Source of the DNA: Candidatus Dormiibacterota bacterium
GTDB taxonomy: Archaea > Thermoproteota > Bathyarchaeia > 40CM-2-53-6
Direction of reading: 5' to 3'
Assembly (NCBI GenBank): GCA_035637535.1
Contig: DASPWZ010000005.1
Span: 6,111 to 70,110, forward strand
DNA length: 64,000 nt
Shown: positions 21,771 to 30,784 of the stretch, in pieces
Layout: each line of letters starts with the position of its first letter
How positions within the stretch are numbered: the first letter of the stretch is position 1
The notes under the pieces: generated by a model
Told to the model about the DNA's origin: nothing
The model's input: only the letters and a program-made list of their open reading frames with translations
Database searches by the model: none
Translations under genes and position numbers: made by a program

Positions 21771-22273
21771 TTGGAAGAGTTCTCTGTTGCTCTTTCCTTC
21801 TTGACCAACGCGACCATCCTGAGACGTTCTTCTCGTCTTCTCTTTGCATCTCTCCATCGGCGTTTCTCCTCGGGCGTCTCTGGAACAACGTCGGGGATCT
21901 CGGTGGGTTTTCCGCTTTCGTCCATCGCAACATAGGTGAGGTACGAGGATCCTGTGTGAGTAACTTTGCCGGTCTTGAGTTCTTCCGCTTCAATTCTTAC
22001 TCCTACTTCCATTGATGTGTGGCCTGCGTAGTTTAGTGAGGCTTTGAGAGTGAGTAGGTTTCCGACGTAGACTGGGTTGTAAAAGTCCATCCGGTCGAGG
22101 CTGGCGGTGACGACTGTCTTTCGGGTATGGCGCAGAGCCGTGACGCCTGCTGCGACGTCGACGAGCTTGAGGATTGTTCCACCATGGACGAATCCCATCG
22201 GGTTGGCATCGCTGGGCAGCATCTGGGAGGAGATGATGGATTTCGATTCACTGACCTGCTTCGAGGGTCTCAT
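21767..22273 (-). CDS. Hot-dog fold acyl-CoA thioesterase (YciA-like)
   Basis: DANPMGFVHGG..LKLVD, TSMEVGV. Confidence 0.92.
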   Translation of the reverse strand: MRPSKQVSESKSIISSQMLPSDANPMGFVHGGTILKLVDVAAGVTALRHTRKTVVTASLDRMDFYNPVYVGNLLTLKASLNYAGHTSMEVGVRIEAEELKTGKVTHTGSSYLTYVAMDESGKPTEIPDVVPETPEEKRRWRDAKRRREERLRMVALVKKERATENSSK

Positions 22274-22558
22274 ACCCTATCGCCGCCTGGTCCTCGGAAT
22301 TTAGCCTTGTCACGAAGAGACGAGGGTTCTGACTTCCATTGGGCTAGTCTTGTCTTTGGGGGCGCGAGGTTCGAGTAGGCCCCGGGGGGCTAGAAAAGGA
22401 TCTTGCGCCAGAGTCGAGAATTTTTCTTTCGAAAAGGATTTCAACGTGAACGTTTTTTCAAGAACTGGGTTTCGGAAGTGATTCAGCGAACCGGTCTCAA
22501 TAGTCGATCTCCTAGGCTGTCTTCAGTCTCTAATTCTTACTTTGGTGTTCTTTCACGG

Positions 22559-22942
22559 TTATCGTGGTGTTCTCAAGCGGAGAAGGATTCCTAGAAGTAT
22601 GAACTCTACTGCCTTGTCGACGTAGGCTATGGGAATGTTGGTGTTTGGGGCGTTGACGGCTGCGGATGCTGCCCAAAGGACGATGACTATTATGACCCAG
22701 TAGACGCCTAGTTTTAGCCAGAGGTCTCGCCGGTTGTTTGCCGCTATGAGACCAATCCCTCCCAAATATACCAAGGCTATCAGCATTAGTGGAACGCCGA
22801 GCGGTATACCGTAAACCAATATTCCAATGTACAAGTGAAGGACCGCAGTGACCGCGGCCAGTACAAGAGCCGTCTCAAGCAGCGCCTTCGGATATGTTGT
22901 AGGCCTGTTTGTTGCTGCCGAAGTCGATTTTTCGTTCATCAA
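22559..22942 (-). CDS. Hypothetical four-TM membrane protein
   Basis: Four hydrophobic helices; 'LHLY', 'DKAVE'. Confidence 0.7.
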   Translation of the reverse strand: MMNEKSTSAATNRPTTYPKALLETALVLAAVTAVLHLYIGILVYGIPLGVPLMLIALVYLGGIGLIAANNRRDLWLKLGVYWVIIVIVLWAASAAVNAPNTNIPIAYVDKAVEFILLGILLRLRTPR

Positions 22943-23147
22943 GACTTGTTCTAGACGCTACGTCGATAGTTGGAGTATTAAGATTAGGCCCCGTCTTAGC
23001 TCGATAACAACTAATGCGTTGTTTTGGTGAGGGTCTGGACTCGATGACATCCGCTGGGTCCTTTGACCTTGGGTATCTTCCCAGGTCCGATGAATCTCAT
23101 CGGCCACCATTTCGGGGCAACATGCTTTGGGCGATAAGCTCAGGGTC

Positions 23148-24059
23148 CTAGGGCGCGTAATGTTCGTGAGGGTGTTTATGAGGATCAACCACTGGGACCG
23201 GCGTTACAACCAGCCTTCGTAGACCCGTAATTCTAGCTTTGACTGAGGCTTCCAACTGAGTTGCGACCTCATGGGCTTCGTTCAAAGTCATACTCCCCTC
23301 GACTTCTACCTCTAACAATCCTACTACGAAGGGGCCTGCTCTACGAAGCCTTAGGTCCCTGATTCCCTTCACATCGACGTGAGCTCTTATGAGGTGCTCA
23401 ATTTCGTGGGAGAGATCTGGCTCATGAAACTCGTCTAGGAGAACGAGGCTCGACTCTCGCAGTGCGACGTAAGCAACCGTAAGGATGTAGATGGCTATCA
23501 GCATTCCTCCAATGGCGTCCGCATGCTGTATTCCGAACGTTGAGACAAGGACGCTGGCAAATGCCACAAAGGACGAGGATGAGTCCTTGATCGAATTTCT
23601 CGCGTCAACTCTGAGGGACAGTATGTTATACTTGTTCGCTACTCGCCGCATTTGGAGCGCACGGTAAAGCGATCCAAGACCCGCAGCTAGAAGGACGATG
23701 AGAGTTGCCGGGGCAAGGTGGATGGGTACAGGGTTCTGGAGGGCCCTATAGGATCGGAGGAAAATGTAGCTCGAGACTCCTACAAGTATGATGGCTGTGA
23801 TCAGAGCCGTGAAGCTCTCGACCTTGTAGTAGCCGAACTGGAACCTCCGGCTCGGCTTTCTACGGATTATGCGGAGCCCGGTCCAGACGAAGAAGCTTAC
23901 TACCGCGTCGGAGACGGAGTCTATACCGTCGGCGAGGAGCGAGATGCTACCACTAAATAGGCTAAACACTATCTCAACGAAACCTAGGGCCAACAGGCTC
24001 CAGACCGAGGTCTTCGCAATTCTTTCTCCCTCTTGGAAACCCCGAGTCTCGTCGTGCAA
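23148..24059 (-). CDS. Cation diffusion facilitator (FieF-like) transporter
   Basis: SLLADGIDSVSD, FQFGYYKVE, C-terminal dimerisation domain, His-rich tail; likely TTG start 24059 because the track start lies inside the tRNA. Confidence 0.9.
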   Translation of the reverse strand: MHDETRGFQEGERIAKTSVWSLLALGFVEIVFSLFSGSISLLADGIDSVSDAVVSFFVWTGLRIIRRKPSRRFQFGYYKVESFTALITAIILVGVSSYIFLRSYRALQNPVPIHLAPATLIVLLAAGLGSLYRALQMRRVANKYNILSLRVDARNSIKDSSSSFVAFASVLVSTFGIQHADAIGGMLIAIYILTVAYVALRESSLVLLDEFHEPDLSHEIEHLIRAHVDVKGIRDLRLRRAGPFVVGLLEVEVEGSMTLNEAHEVATQLEASVKARITGLRRLVVTPVPVVDPHKHPHEHYAP

Positions 24060-24235
24060 GGCATTACTCTCTTCCGCGACTACAGCTCCGTCGTGACTGG
24101 TACGTGCAAGTTGATTTAGATTTTCACTGAGTTTCGCTGATGATCTTAGTCGAAAAATGAGCTGGCGAATCGCCTGTTCCCGTAAGATGTGGCCAGCACC
24201 ACGGTTGAATTCGTAATTTATGCGCGAGCGAAAGG

Positions 24236-24425
24236 TGGTGGGGCCGGTGGGATTTGAACCCACGACATCCGCCGAGTCTTTCGTCTACGGGTATCTTCAC
24301 GCGCTCCTGAATTTCGTCATCCCGCCAACTGGAGGTCTGCTTACCCGTTGTAGTATATTCTGGAGCCCGTCGTCATTCCTTTCTAGGACCCATTTCTAGT
24401 ATGGGTCTGGCTAGACTACGGCCCC
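24236..24425 (-). tRNA. tRNA-Trp(CCA) with three putative introns (~24381-24408 D-loop, 24293-24359 at 37/38, ~24269-24286 variable region)
   Basis: GGGGCCG/CGGCCCC-A-CCA acceptor, ACGGG-CT-CCA-G|A-CCCGT anticodon arm, GTGGG-TTCAAAT-CCCAC T arm. Confidence 0.9.
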
Positions 24426-24546
24426 TCAACTGATTTGAAGGCTCGAGGCCCCACCGAGCGGCTGGCTCGGAAATTGTCAGTATAAAGCTAACTGAATCGG
24501 CGAATCCGCTATTCGACTCTCATCAAAGCGCGACTGCGTTGCTAAT

Positions 24547-24828
24547 CTAGGGTTGTTCCTTTTGAGCGATGTACGTCCTGGTTTCAGGGACATACCATCT
24601 GGTCGTTTCACGGAACCTGTGCCAGAAATCGTGGAATGCGGATAACTCACGAGATTCCACAGTAATCATTCCGTTGTACGTTGTGCCCCATATGTGGGCG
24701 TATTCAGCAACGATCTCGACATCCTTGGACAGGTTCTTCTTGAACTGTTCCCAACCAGCGGTCGCTTTCTTCTTGTCCGCTTCGGTCAAGGGTCTTACCC
24801 GGTAGAAGATCAGGAATGCGAATATCAC
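24547..24828 (-). CDS. Small dimeric alpha-beta barrel protein (GYD/chlorite-dismutase-like)
   Basis: 93 aa with a ferredoxin-like pattern 'EYAHIWGTTYNGMITVES..LSAFHDFW..FR'. Confidence 0.6.
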   Translation of the reverse strand: MIFAFLIFYRVRPLTEADKKKATAGWEQFKKNLSKDVEIVAEYAHIWGTTYNGMITVESRELSAFHDFWHRFRETTRWYVPETRTYIAQKEQP

Positions 24829-24994
24829 AGAACCGCACCTTGGTTCGCGCTTATCGAACCCTTGGGTTAATCTCGTTTTCGCCCTGCGGGAGCTAGACCC
24901 GGAAAGAGGGGTAGTTGGGTTACATGCCTCTTTTGTGACGGGATTCGCCCACTAGCCCTCAGTGATGATGGGTCTAGGTGTCTAGGGGATTCTA

Positions 24995-26983
24995 TTGCGG
25001 AAGGCAGCTGTCATCGTATTCCTCTCCCTAAGCCTTCTCGTATTCCTGCCAACTGACCCCTCAACGAATCACAGCAATCCGCTCAGTTTTCTCAACGCAG
25101 GACCAGTCGGAACGACAGACTATCCTTGGACAATGTTTCATTACGATGCTGGGCGTAACGGAGCTACTCCTGCATCTGGTCCCACTTCCGCAAGCCTGAT
25201 GTGGAGCTACACTACGGGAGGCATCGTTTACGCCTCACCGATAGTGTCTGACGGATTTGTATTTATTCCGTCTTATGATGGTAAGCTGTACGCGCTCGAC
25301 GAGTACACCGGATCCCTTATCTGGTCCTTTACGACGGGATCAAACATAGTTGCAACTCCCGCGGTGGGAAACGGGATAGTCTACCTATCATCCAAGGACT
25401 TTACTGTCTACGCTCTTGATGAGAATACCGGTTCAGTGCTCTGGCGGATATCGAACGTCGCGGCTGTCGTATCCTCTCCCGTCTTGGCAGATGGCAAGCT
25501 GTTCTACGGCACATTGTATTCCCCATCAGCAGGCAGAGCTGAGTTTCTAGCACTCAATCCTCAAGATGGAACAGTCTTCTGGAGAACGACTATTTCCGAC
25601 TACATCGAGGGCTCCGCCGCGGTTAGCAACGGGCTTGTATTCTTTGGAATAGGAGCTCTCAGTAACGCAGTCGTTGTCGCCTTAAACGAGACGACAGGAA
25701 AGTCGGCCTGGAACTATAACACAGCGGTAGCGACTACCATAACCACTGCGCCTGCTACTGCCTATGGTAATGTCTACGTCGGCCTTGACAGTAATAGATT
25801 TCTTACGCTGAAGCAAGCCACCGGCAGCTTAGTATGGTCGTTCAACACTCCGAGCGCTTCCAACGCGACTACTCCTGCGGTCTATAATGGCGTGGTATAC
25901 TTTGGGACAGGTAGAGGTATCGTATATGCTCGTAACGCGACTACGGGCGTTCAGGTCTGGTCGTATACAACTCCTACTGGCGGGGCGGTTGCCTCCTCTC
26001 CTGCCCTAGCTCTTGGAACTAAGGCCTTGTTTTTTGGTTCTAACGATCGCTACTTGTACGCGGTCAATTTAATGACAGGCGCCTTTTTGTGGAGATACTT
26101 GACTGGCGGGCAGGTTTCCTCTTCACCTGCGGTGGCCGATAGCCGGGTCTTCATCGGCGCTAAAGACGCGAAGGTCTACGCCTTGGGGATGATCATTCCT
26201 TCACTAAGCTCTACGCTAACCGCGAGTCCAGCTATTCTGAGATCAGGAAGTGTGTCAAATCTTACGGTGACCGTTCGAAACAGTACGGGCCCGATCTCAG
26301 GAGCCAATCTAACTCTTACCTCCTCAGCGGGCGGAACATTCGGCCAGCCAGCGATGAGTATTCCTGGAACCTATCTTGCCAACTTCACTGCACCAACAGT
26401 AACATCGACCATTAGTGATGCAATCCAGGTTGTTGCCAGCGCACCTGGCTACCTGAATGCTGTGGCAAGCACGGCTATTACCGTCAATCCGTATCCCCCT
26501 CTAACCGTCGCAGTTGCGGCGAAGCCTGGGACCACCAGTCCTGGGAGTGAGGTCCTGCTTATGATCAAGGTCACCAATGGGACTGACCTAATCCCCGGTG
26601 CGAATCTCACCCTGACTTCATCATCAGGTGGGAGCTTCTCGGGATTGTCCGATGGTGGAAATGGAAACTATACTGCAATCTACACTGCTCCCCTGCAGAG
26701 CTCCACCGATGTCTTAACAGTCCAAGCCTCAAAGAACCAATTCAGCTCCGCACAGGGCCAGGTCGTTGTAACAGTGACCGGGATTCCTGACCTTACTACG
26801 GTGAAGGTGGCGGGTCTACCGCTATTCTTGTTTGCTGTGGTTGCAGTTCTCATATTCTTCATCCTTATCGCTGTCGCGGTTACGCGTAGGGACAGATCGC
26901 GTTCCCATGGTCCGTTCCAATCACCGCAGCCCTCTTTTACGTACGCGTCAGAAGGGCTGTCTTTTCCGGGAAGACTTATCTAA
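24995..26983 (+). CDS. Surface protein: PQQ-like beta-propeller plus Ig-like repeats and C-terminal TM anchor
   Basis: Signal peptide, WTMFHYD, repeated 'SSP.V.DG.V..G..D..YAL...TG..LW', two 'GANLTLTSS.GG.F' repeats, TM near the C-terminus. Confidence 0.9.
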   Translation: MRKAAVIVFLSLSLLVFLPTDPSTNHSNPLSFLNAGPVGTTDYPWTMFHYDAGRNGATPASGPTSASLMWSYTTGGIVYASPIVSDGFVFIPSYDGKLYALDEYTGSLIWSFTTGSNIVATPAVGNGIVYLSSKDFTVYALDENTGSVLWRISNVAAVVSSPVLADGKLFYGTLYSPSAGRAEFLALNPQDGTVFWRTTISDYIEGSAAVSNGLVFFGIGALSNAVVVALNETTGKSAWNYNTAVATTITTAPATAYGNVYVGLDSNRFLTLKQATGSLVWSFNTPSASNATTPAVYNGVVYFGTGRGIVYARNATTGVQVWSYTTPTGGAVASSPALALGTKALFFGSNDRYLYAVNLMTGAFLWRYLTGGQVSSSPAVADSRVFIGAKDAKVYALGMIIPSLSSTLTASPAILRSGSVSNLTVTVRNSTGPISGANLTLTSSAGGTFGQPAMSIPGTYLANFTAPTVTSTISDAIQVVASAPGYLNAVASTAITVNPYPPLTVAVAAKPGTTSPGSEVLLMIKVTNGTDLIPGANLTLTSSSGGSFSGLSDGGNGNYTAIYTAPLQSSTDVLTVQASKNQFSSAQGQVVVTVTGIPDLTTVKVAGLPLFLFAVVAVLIFFILIAVAVTRRDRSRSHGPFQSPQPSFTYASEGLSFPGRLI

Positions 26984-27007
26984 GCGATTTCTGACCGGGG
27001 GTTTAAT

Positions 27008-27134
27008 GGGGTTGGCGGCCATAGCTGGGAGCTAGGACCCGTACCCATTCCGAACACGGAAGTGAATCTCCCAGGCGATCCCTGTGGTAGTGTGGTGAGA
27101 GATCCCACGCGAAGCTTAGACCGCTGCCAACCTC
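27008..27134 (+). rRNA. rrf: 5S rRNA (unlinked)
   Basis: GGCGGCCATAGC...CCCGTACCCATTCCGAACACGGAAGTGAA...CCGCTGCCAACC; terminal helix GGTTGGCGG/CTGCCAACC. Confidence 0.95.
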
Positions 27135-27272
27135 ATTTGAAAATTCTGGAAAGTTCTAGAATTTTGCTTCATCGAAATTTTCTATCTTCAAAGTTATGAT
27201 TGGGAAATCGTGCGTAATCAATCTTTATAACGCGCAGGGGACAATTAACCTTCAGCGCTCGGGGGACATCGG

Positions 27273-28409
27273 CTGCTATCTGTTGCACTGCTCGATATTT
27301 TCAGCCCTCTAAGCAGCATTTTCAACAATCTAGGCACTGTCACTCAGTTAATCTTCACACTCCTGTTTGTCCTTCTCTTCTTCGGGTTCGGCCAGAAGCT
27401 CCAGATGCGTCAGTACATGTGGGACATCGACAGAGGATTACGACGCCTCGACCTCATTCGGACCCAGGCGAAGGATCTGGCGTTGAAGACTATCAAGGAG
27501 ATCGGCAAGCCGACCATGGACCCACTGCCTCAACTGAATGTACTGATGGAATCGTTCCTGATTACTCCGGTGGACATGGACCCTTCGGGGATTGTGAGCA
27601 AGTTCGACCATCTCCTAGATGTTCGTGATGTGAAGTTCAAGGAGGATGTTCAGAAGATGGCGCCTAGTGCCGATTCGGCGCAGGTCAACAACCTTGAGAA
27701 CCTCGTCGAGGCCTCTTGGGCCTTGAACACTATTTTCCGAATCATACGCCACTTCTATCTTCTAGGTAAGAAGACGAACAGCATATTCATCATCATCCAG
27801 CTCCAGGCTCTACTCCCCATGATTATGCAGGAGGCTGAAGCCTACCTGGGCGCGGGGCGAGCGTTCGCTGAGGGACAGCCGATAGGGGATGGGCTTGGGC
27901 CGCTTGTTGCGTCGAAGTTGATGAAGGACAAGTCTCAGCGCAAAGTCGAGAAGGATATCATGGTTGCTGAGACGACGCTGGAGGATCGCAGGATAATTGC
28001 CCTCAAGGCCGAGGGTCCGGGGGGGAATGTTGGAAAACCGGGGGACGCCATACAATCCCTCCTTCAAGAGAACGATGGGAAGGTCTCGATGATCGTGATG
28101 GTGGATGCCGCGTTGAAGTTCGAGGGCGAGACCACGGGTGAGATCAGTGAGGGCATTGGTGCCGCGATTGGGGGTATTGGGACGGAGCGTTTCAAGATTG
28201 AACAGGAAGCTACGAAGCAGCACATACCGGTCTACGCGGTCATCGTCAAGGAGAGTATTCTGGAGGCGATTACTCCTATGAAGAAAGAGATACTTGAGGC
28301 GGGGGACAAGGTTATCGAGAGGATTAAGAACCTCATCGTGGAACGGAGCAAGCCCGGCGACACGGTTATAATCGCCGGAATAGGCAACACGATAGGCATA
28401 GGACAGTAG
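27273..28409 (+). CDS. DUF1512-family membrane-anchored protein
   Basis: PVDMDPSGIV, RHFY, PIGDGLGP, VDAALKFEGE, GIGNTIGIGQ; frame extends upstream of ATG 27405 through a TM helix to CTG 27273/27288. Confidence 0.85.
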   Translation: MLSVALLDIFSPLSSIFNNLGTVTQLIFTLLFVLLFFGFGQKLQMRQYMWDIDRGLRRLDLIRTQAKDLALKTIKEIGKPTMDPLPQLNVLMESFLITPVDMDPSGIVSKFDHLLDVRDVKFKEDVQKMAPSADSAQVNNLENLVEASWALNTIFRIIRHFYLLGKKTNSIFIIIQLQALLPMIMQEAEAYLGAGRAFAEGQPIGDGLGPLVASKLMKDKSQRKVEKDIMVAETTLEDRRIIALKAEGPGGNVGKPGDAIQSLLQENDGKVSMIVMVDAALKFEGETTGEISEGIGAAIGGIGTERFKIEQEATKQHIPVYAVIVKESILEAITPMKKEILEAGDKVIERIKNLIVERSKPGDTVIIAGIGNTIGIGQ

Positions 28410-28418
28410 ACTGTTAAA

Positions 28419-28808
28419 GTGTCTCAGCCGAGACCGCGGAGCGGTCCCTCAATAGGAGTAATGCTGATCTCCATAGTCCTAATCATTATCGCCTTCTACA
28501 CACTCAACCTCGCGCTAAGCACATTTAGTACGGATGTCACTTTGGCAACGTTGTACTTTACGGTCGCCGTCTTGTCGTTCGGCTTTGTCGTCCTCTCAGT
28601 GTTTAGGGTCAGACGGGGCTACGCGTTAGCCAATCCTGCACCGCTCAAGGTCATGTCGATAGTGAAATGTCCACAGTGCAGTTTCAAGCAGATCAAGAAC
28701 TTCTCAGTCGGCGACTACGTCTTCAAGAAGCTGGGCATGTGTACCCAGTGTGGGGTCGCAAGCCTCTCAATAACAGGCATCTACTACGACGGACCCACAC
28801 GCCGCTAG
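28419..28808 (+). CDS. Two-TM protein with C-terminal Zn ribbon
   Basis: Two hydrophobic helices then CPQC...GDYVFK...CTQC; 9 bp after the DUF1512 gene. Confidence 0.8.
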   Translation: MSQPRPRSGPSIGVMLISIVLIIIAFYTLNLALSTFSTDVTLATLYFTVAVLSFGFVVLSVFRVRRGYALANPAPLKVMSIVKCPQCSFKQIKNFSVGDYVFKKLGMCTQCGVASLSITGIYYDGPTRR

Positions 28809-29273
28809 CCCTTCCCAAGCACAGGACAAGGTTCTGCCGCCTATACTGGATTCTCTCGTGTAGCATTCGTGGCGGTCTTGTTCTGAAAGTGTGAAGGACT
28901 TTTTTTTTCTTTAGACATACCCCGGGGGGGTCGAGAAATAGTTAGTAGAAAAAAGAAAGATAAGAAAGGAGACAGCTGTCTTGCATGGCTCAAGACTTCG
29001 TTGGATCCGCGTCGCAAGGTTCGGTCGTTTTCAAAAATATTCTAGATTTAGAGCCTGTTGAAATTTGACCGGGAAATGTTAAGTCGGTCGGCGGGCTCGT
29101 CTTCACCGTTCTGGCAAAACTAGCGCAACGATGGTCGGTTTTCTGATTCTATGGCGATTCCTAGGCGGTTTGCGGGGGACGACCAGGCCGCCGCGCTTAC
29201 ATGCGATCATGGGATATGGATAGATGCGGAATCTCTGGGGCTGTCGCCTTGCGGACAGGTTGTTGACTGTTAA

Positions 29274-30185
29274 TTACTGTCCGGTAAGTATGGTACAGCT
29301 GTCGTGGTTTACTAGGACGGTGTGTTCTGATTGTGCTACTGGGTTGTTGCTCGCCTCTATCAGAACTGGGTAGGCGCTTATGCATTTGTTCCGGATCAAG
29401 TCTTGAAGCGCCTTTTTGCCGACTTCTCTTGGGAATCCTTTCACCAGCCATCTCGACGCGAAGGGGAGGGTCGAGAAATTGGCTTGTATGAAGGCGAGTA
29501 CCTTCTTGGAATCTTCTGAGGTTGCGCCTTTGGGTTTGACGAACCTGTAGATGTAGGCACTTGACCCGTTGGTAACTGCGCCCTGAGCCTTGGCTAGGGT
29601 CACGAAGGGTTCGATCGCGAAGACTTCGCCTTCTTCGATCTTTGTCCCGTTCATTCCCATCGCCGAGACGCTGGGGACGGATTTTCCTGCGTGTATTGTG
29701 TATCGTTCGATCTTGTGACCTGTCAAATTGCTAATGGGCCGTAGGCCTACCCGGGTGATGGTGGTCTGGACTATTCGTCCTATCTCAGATAGTTTGACGC
29801 CGGGTTTGAACGCACGTATAGCATTCTGGAGAGCCTCGTCCGCGGCCTGGGCTAACGGCTCGAACCTCGGGTCTAAGCAGATTGTGACTGAAGTATCCGT
29901 GACATAACCGTCGACATGGACCCCAAAATCCACTTTCACCAGGGAAGCGGCGGGTATTGTTAGGGTGTCACCGGGAGGCGAAGTGTAGTGTGCTGCAACG
30001 TCATTTATCCCGACGTTGACGGGAAAAGCGGGTTTCCCGCCAAAGTCCCGGATTCTCTGCTCTAGTCCTTCACAGATCTCGATGGCAGGCTTGCCGTACT
30101 TGACAATGCCTGGGACTTCCTTACGCAGCCTAGCTACGATGTCGCCTGATTTCTTGAACGAGTCAAGGGCTTGAGAGTCGAACAA
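29274..30185 (-). CDS. map: Methionine aminopeptidase type II
   Basis: AFPVN, AAHYT, DFGVHVDGYVTD, NLTGH, AIEPF, QSEHT. Confidence 0.96.
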   Translation of the reverse strand: MFDSQALDSFKKSGDIVARLRKEVPGIVKYGKPAIEICEGLEQRIRDFGGKPAFPVNVGINDVAAHYTSPPGDTLTIPAASLVKVDFGVHVDGYVTDTSVTICLDPRFEPLAQAADEALQNAIRAFKPGVKLSEIGRIVQTTITRVGLRPISNLTGHKIERYTIHAGKSVPSVSAMGMNGTKIEEGEVFAIEPFVTLAKAQGAVTNGSSAYIYRFVKPKGATSEDSKKVLAFIQANFSTLPFASRWLVKGFPREVGKKALQDLIRNKCISAYPVLIEASNNPVAQSEHTVLVNHDSCTILTGQ

Positions 30186-30267
30186 GGGCTGTGTTAACTG
30201 CCTGACGGTTTAGAGATTTTGCTCATTTCACTTATCTCGTGGGAGCTAGTAGGATTCACCATCTGAC

Positions 30268-30675
30268 TCACGAGCATTGTCCCGGGACTATGTTATAGTT
30301 GTAGGCTGATCCGAGTTTCGTGGTCTGGTACAGATCTATGGTTCCGCATCTTAGCAGGGCTGCAAGACCGTTGCCTGAACTACTTTCCAAGTACAAGAAG
30401 ACCGCGTAGGACTGTTGGTTTGGAATGCTAATTGAATACCTTCCAGCAGCGTCGATTCTAACGGAATAAGGAAATTGTGAAAGACTGTCAAAATTCACTT
30501 GATACGCTGATTGAATACTTACGACGCCCGAGACGTCAATTGTCAACGGCGGGATCAGGAGATACGTTAGTGCTCCAGCGGTAATTATTACCACAACAGC
30601 CAAACCGATGACTCTCAGTCGTACACTAGTCCTTTTTCTGACCGAGGCTCGTAGGCGAGTTGCGGACATTATCAC
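30268..30675 (-). CDS. Hypothetical membrane-anchored protein
   Basis: Basic N-terminus, one TM, beta-rich domain with two Cys. Confidence 0.6.
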   Translation of the reverse strand: MIMSATRLRASVRKRTSVRLRVIGLAVVVIITAGALTYLLIPPLTIDVSGVVSIQSAYQVNFDSLSQFPYSVRIDAAGRYSISIPNQQSYAVFLYLESSSGNGLAALLRCGTIDLYQTTKLGSAYNYNIVPGQCS

Positions 30676-30784
30676 TGGGTATGCGTATCCCTTAGTGGGC
30701 GTGTTCTGATTTAAACCACGCTGGTCGGAAAGGAGGATGGCCGGTTAGAGGACTGGGAAACATGGCGTCGAAGGATCCGTGTTG

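Noticed and set aside
22358-22380. tRNA-like GGTTCGAGT
   Set aside because: No T stem, acceptor stem or other arms
24060-24263. N-terminal extension of the CDF ORF in the track
   Set aside because: It begins inside the tRNA-Trp T arm; transporter-like sequence starts near TTG 24059
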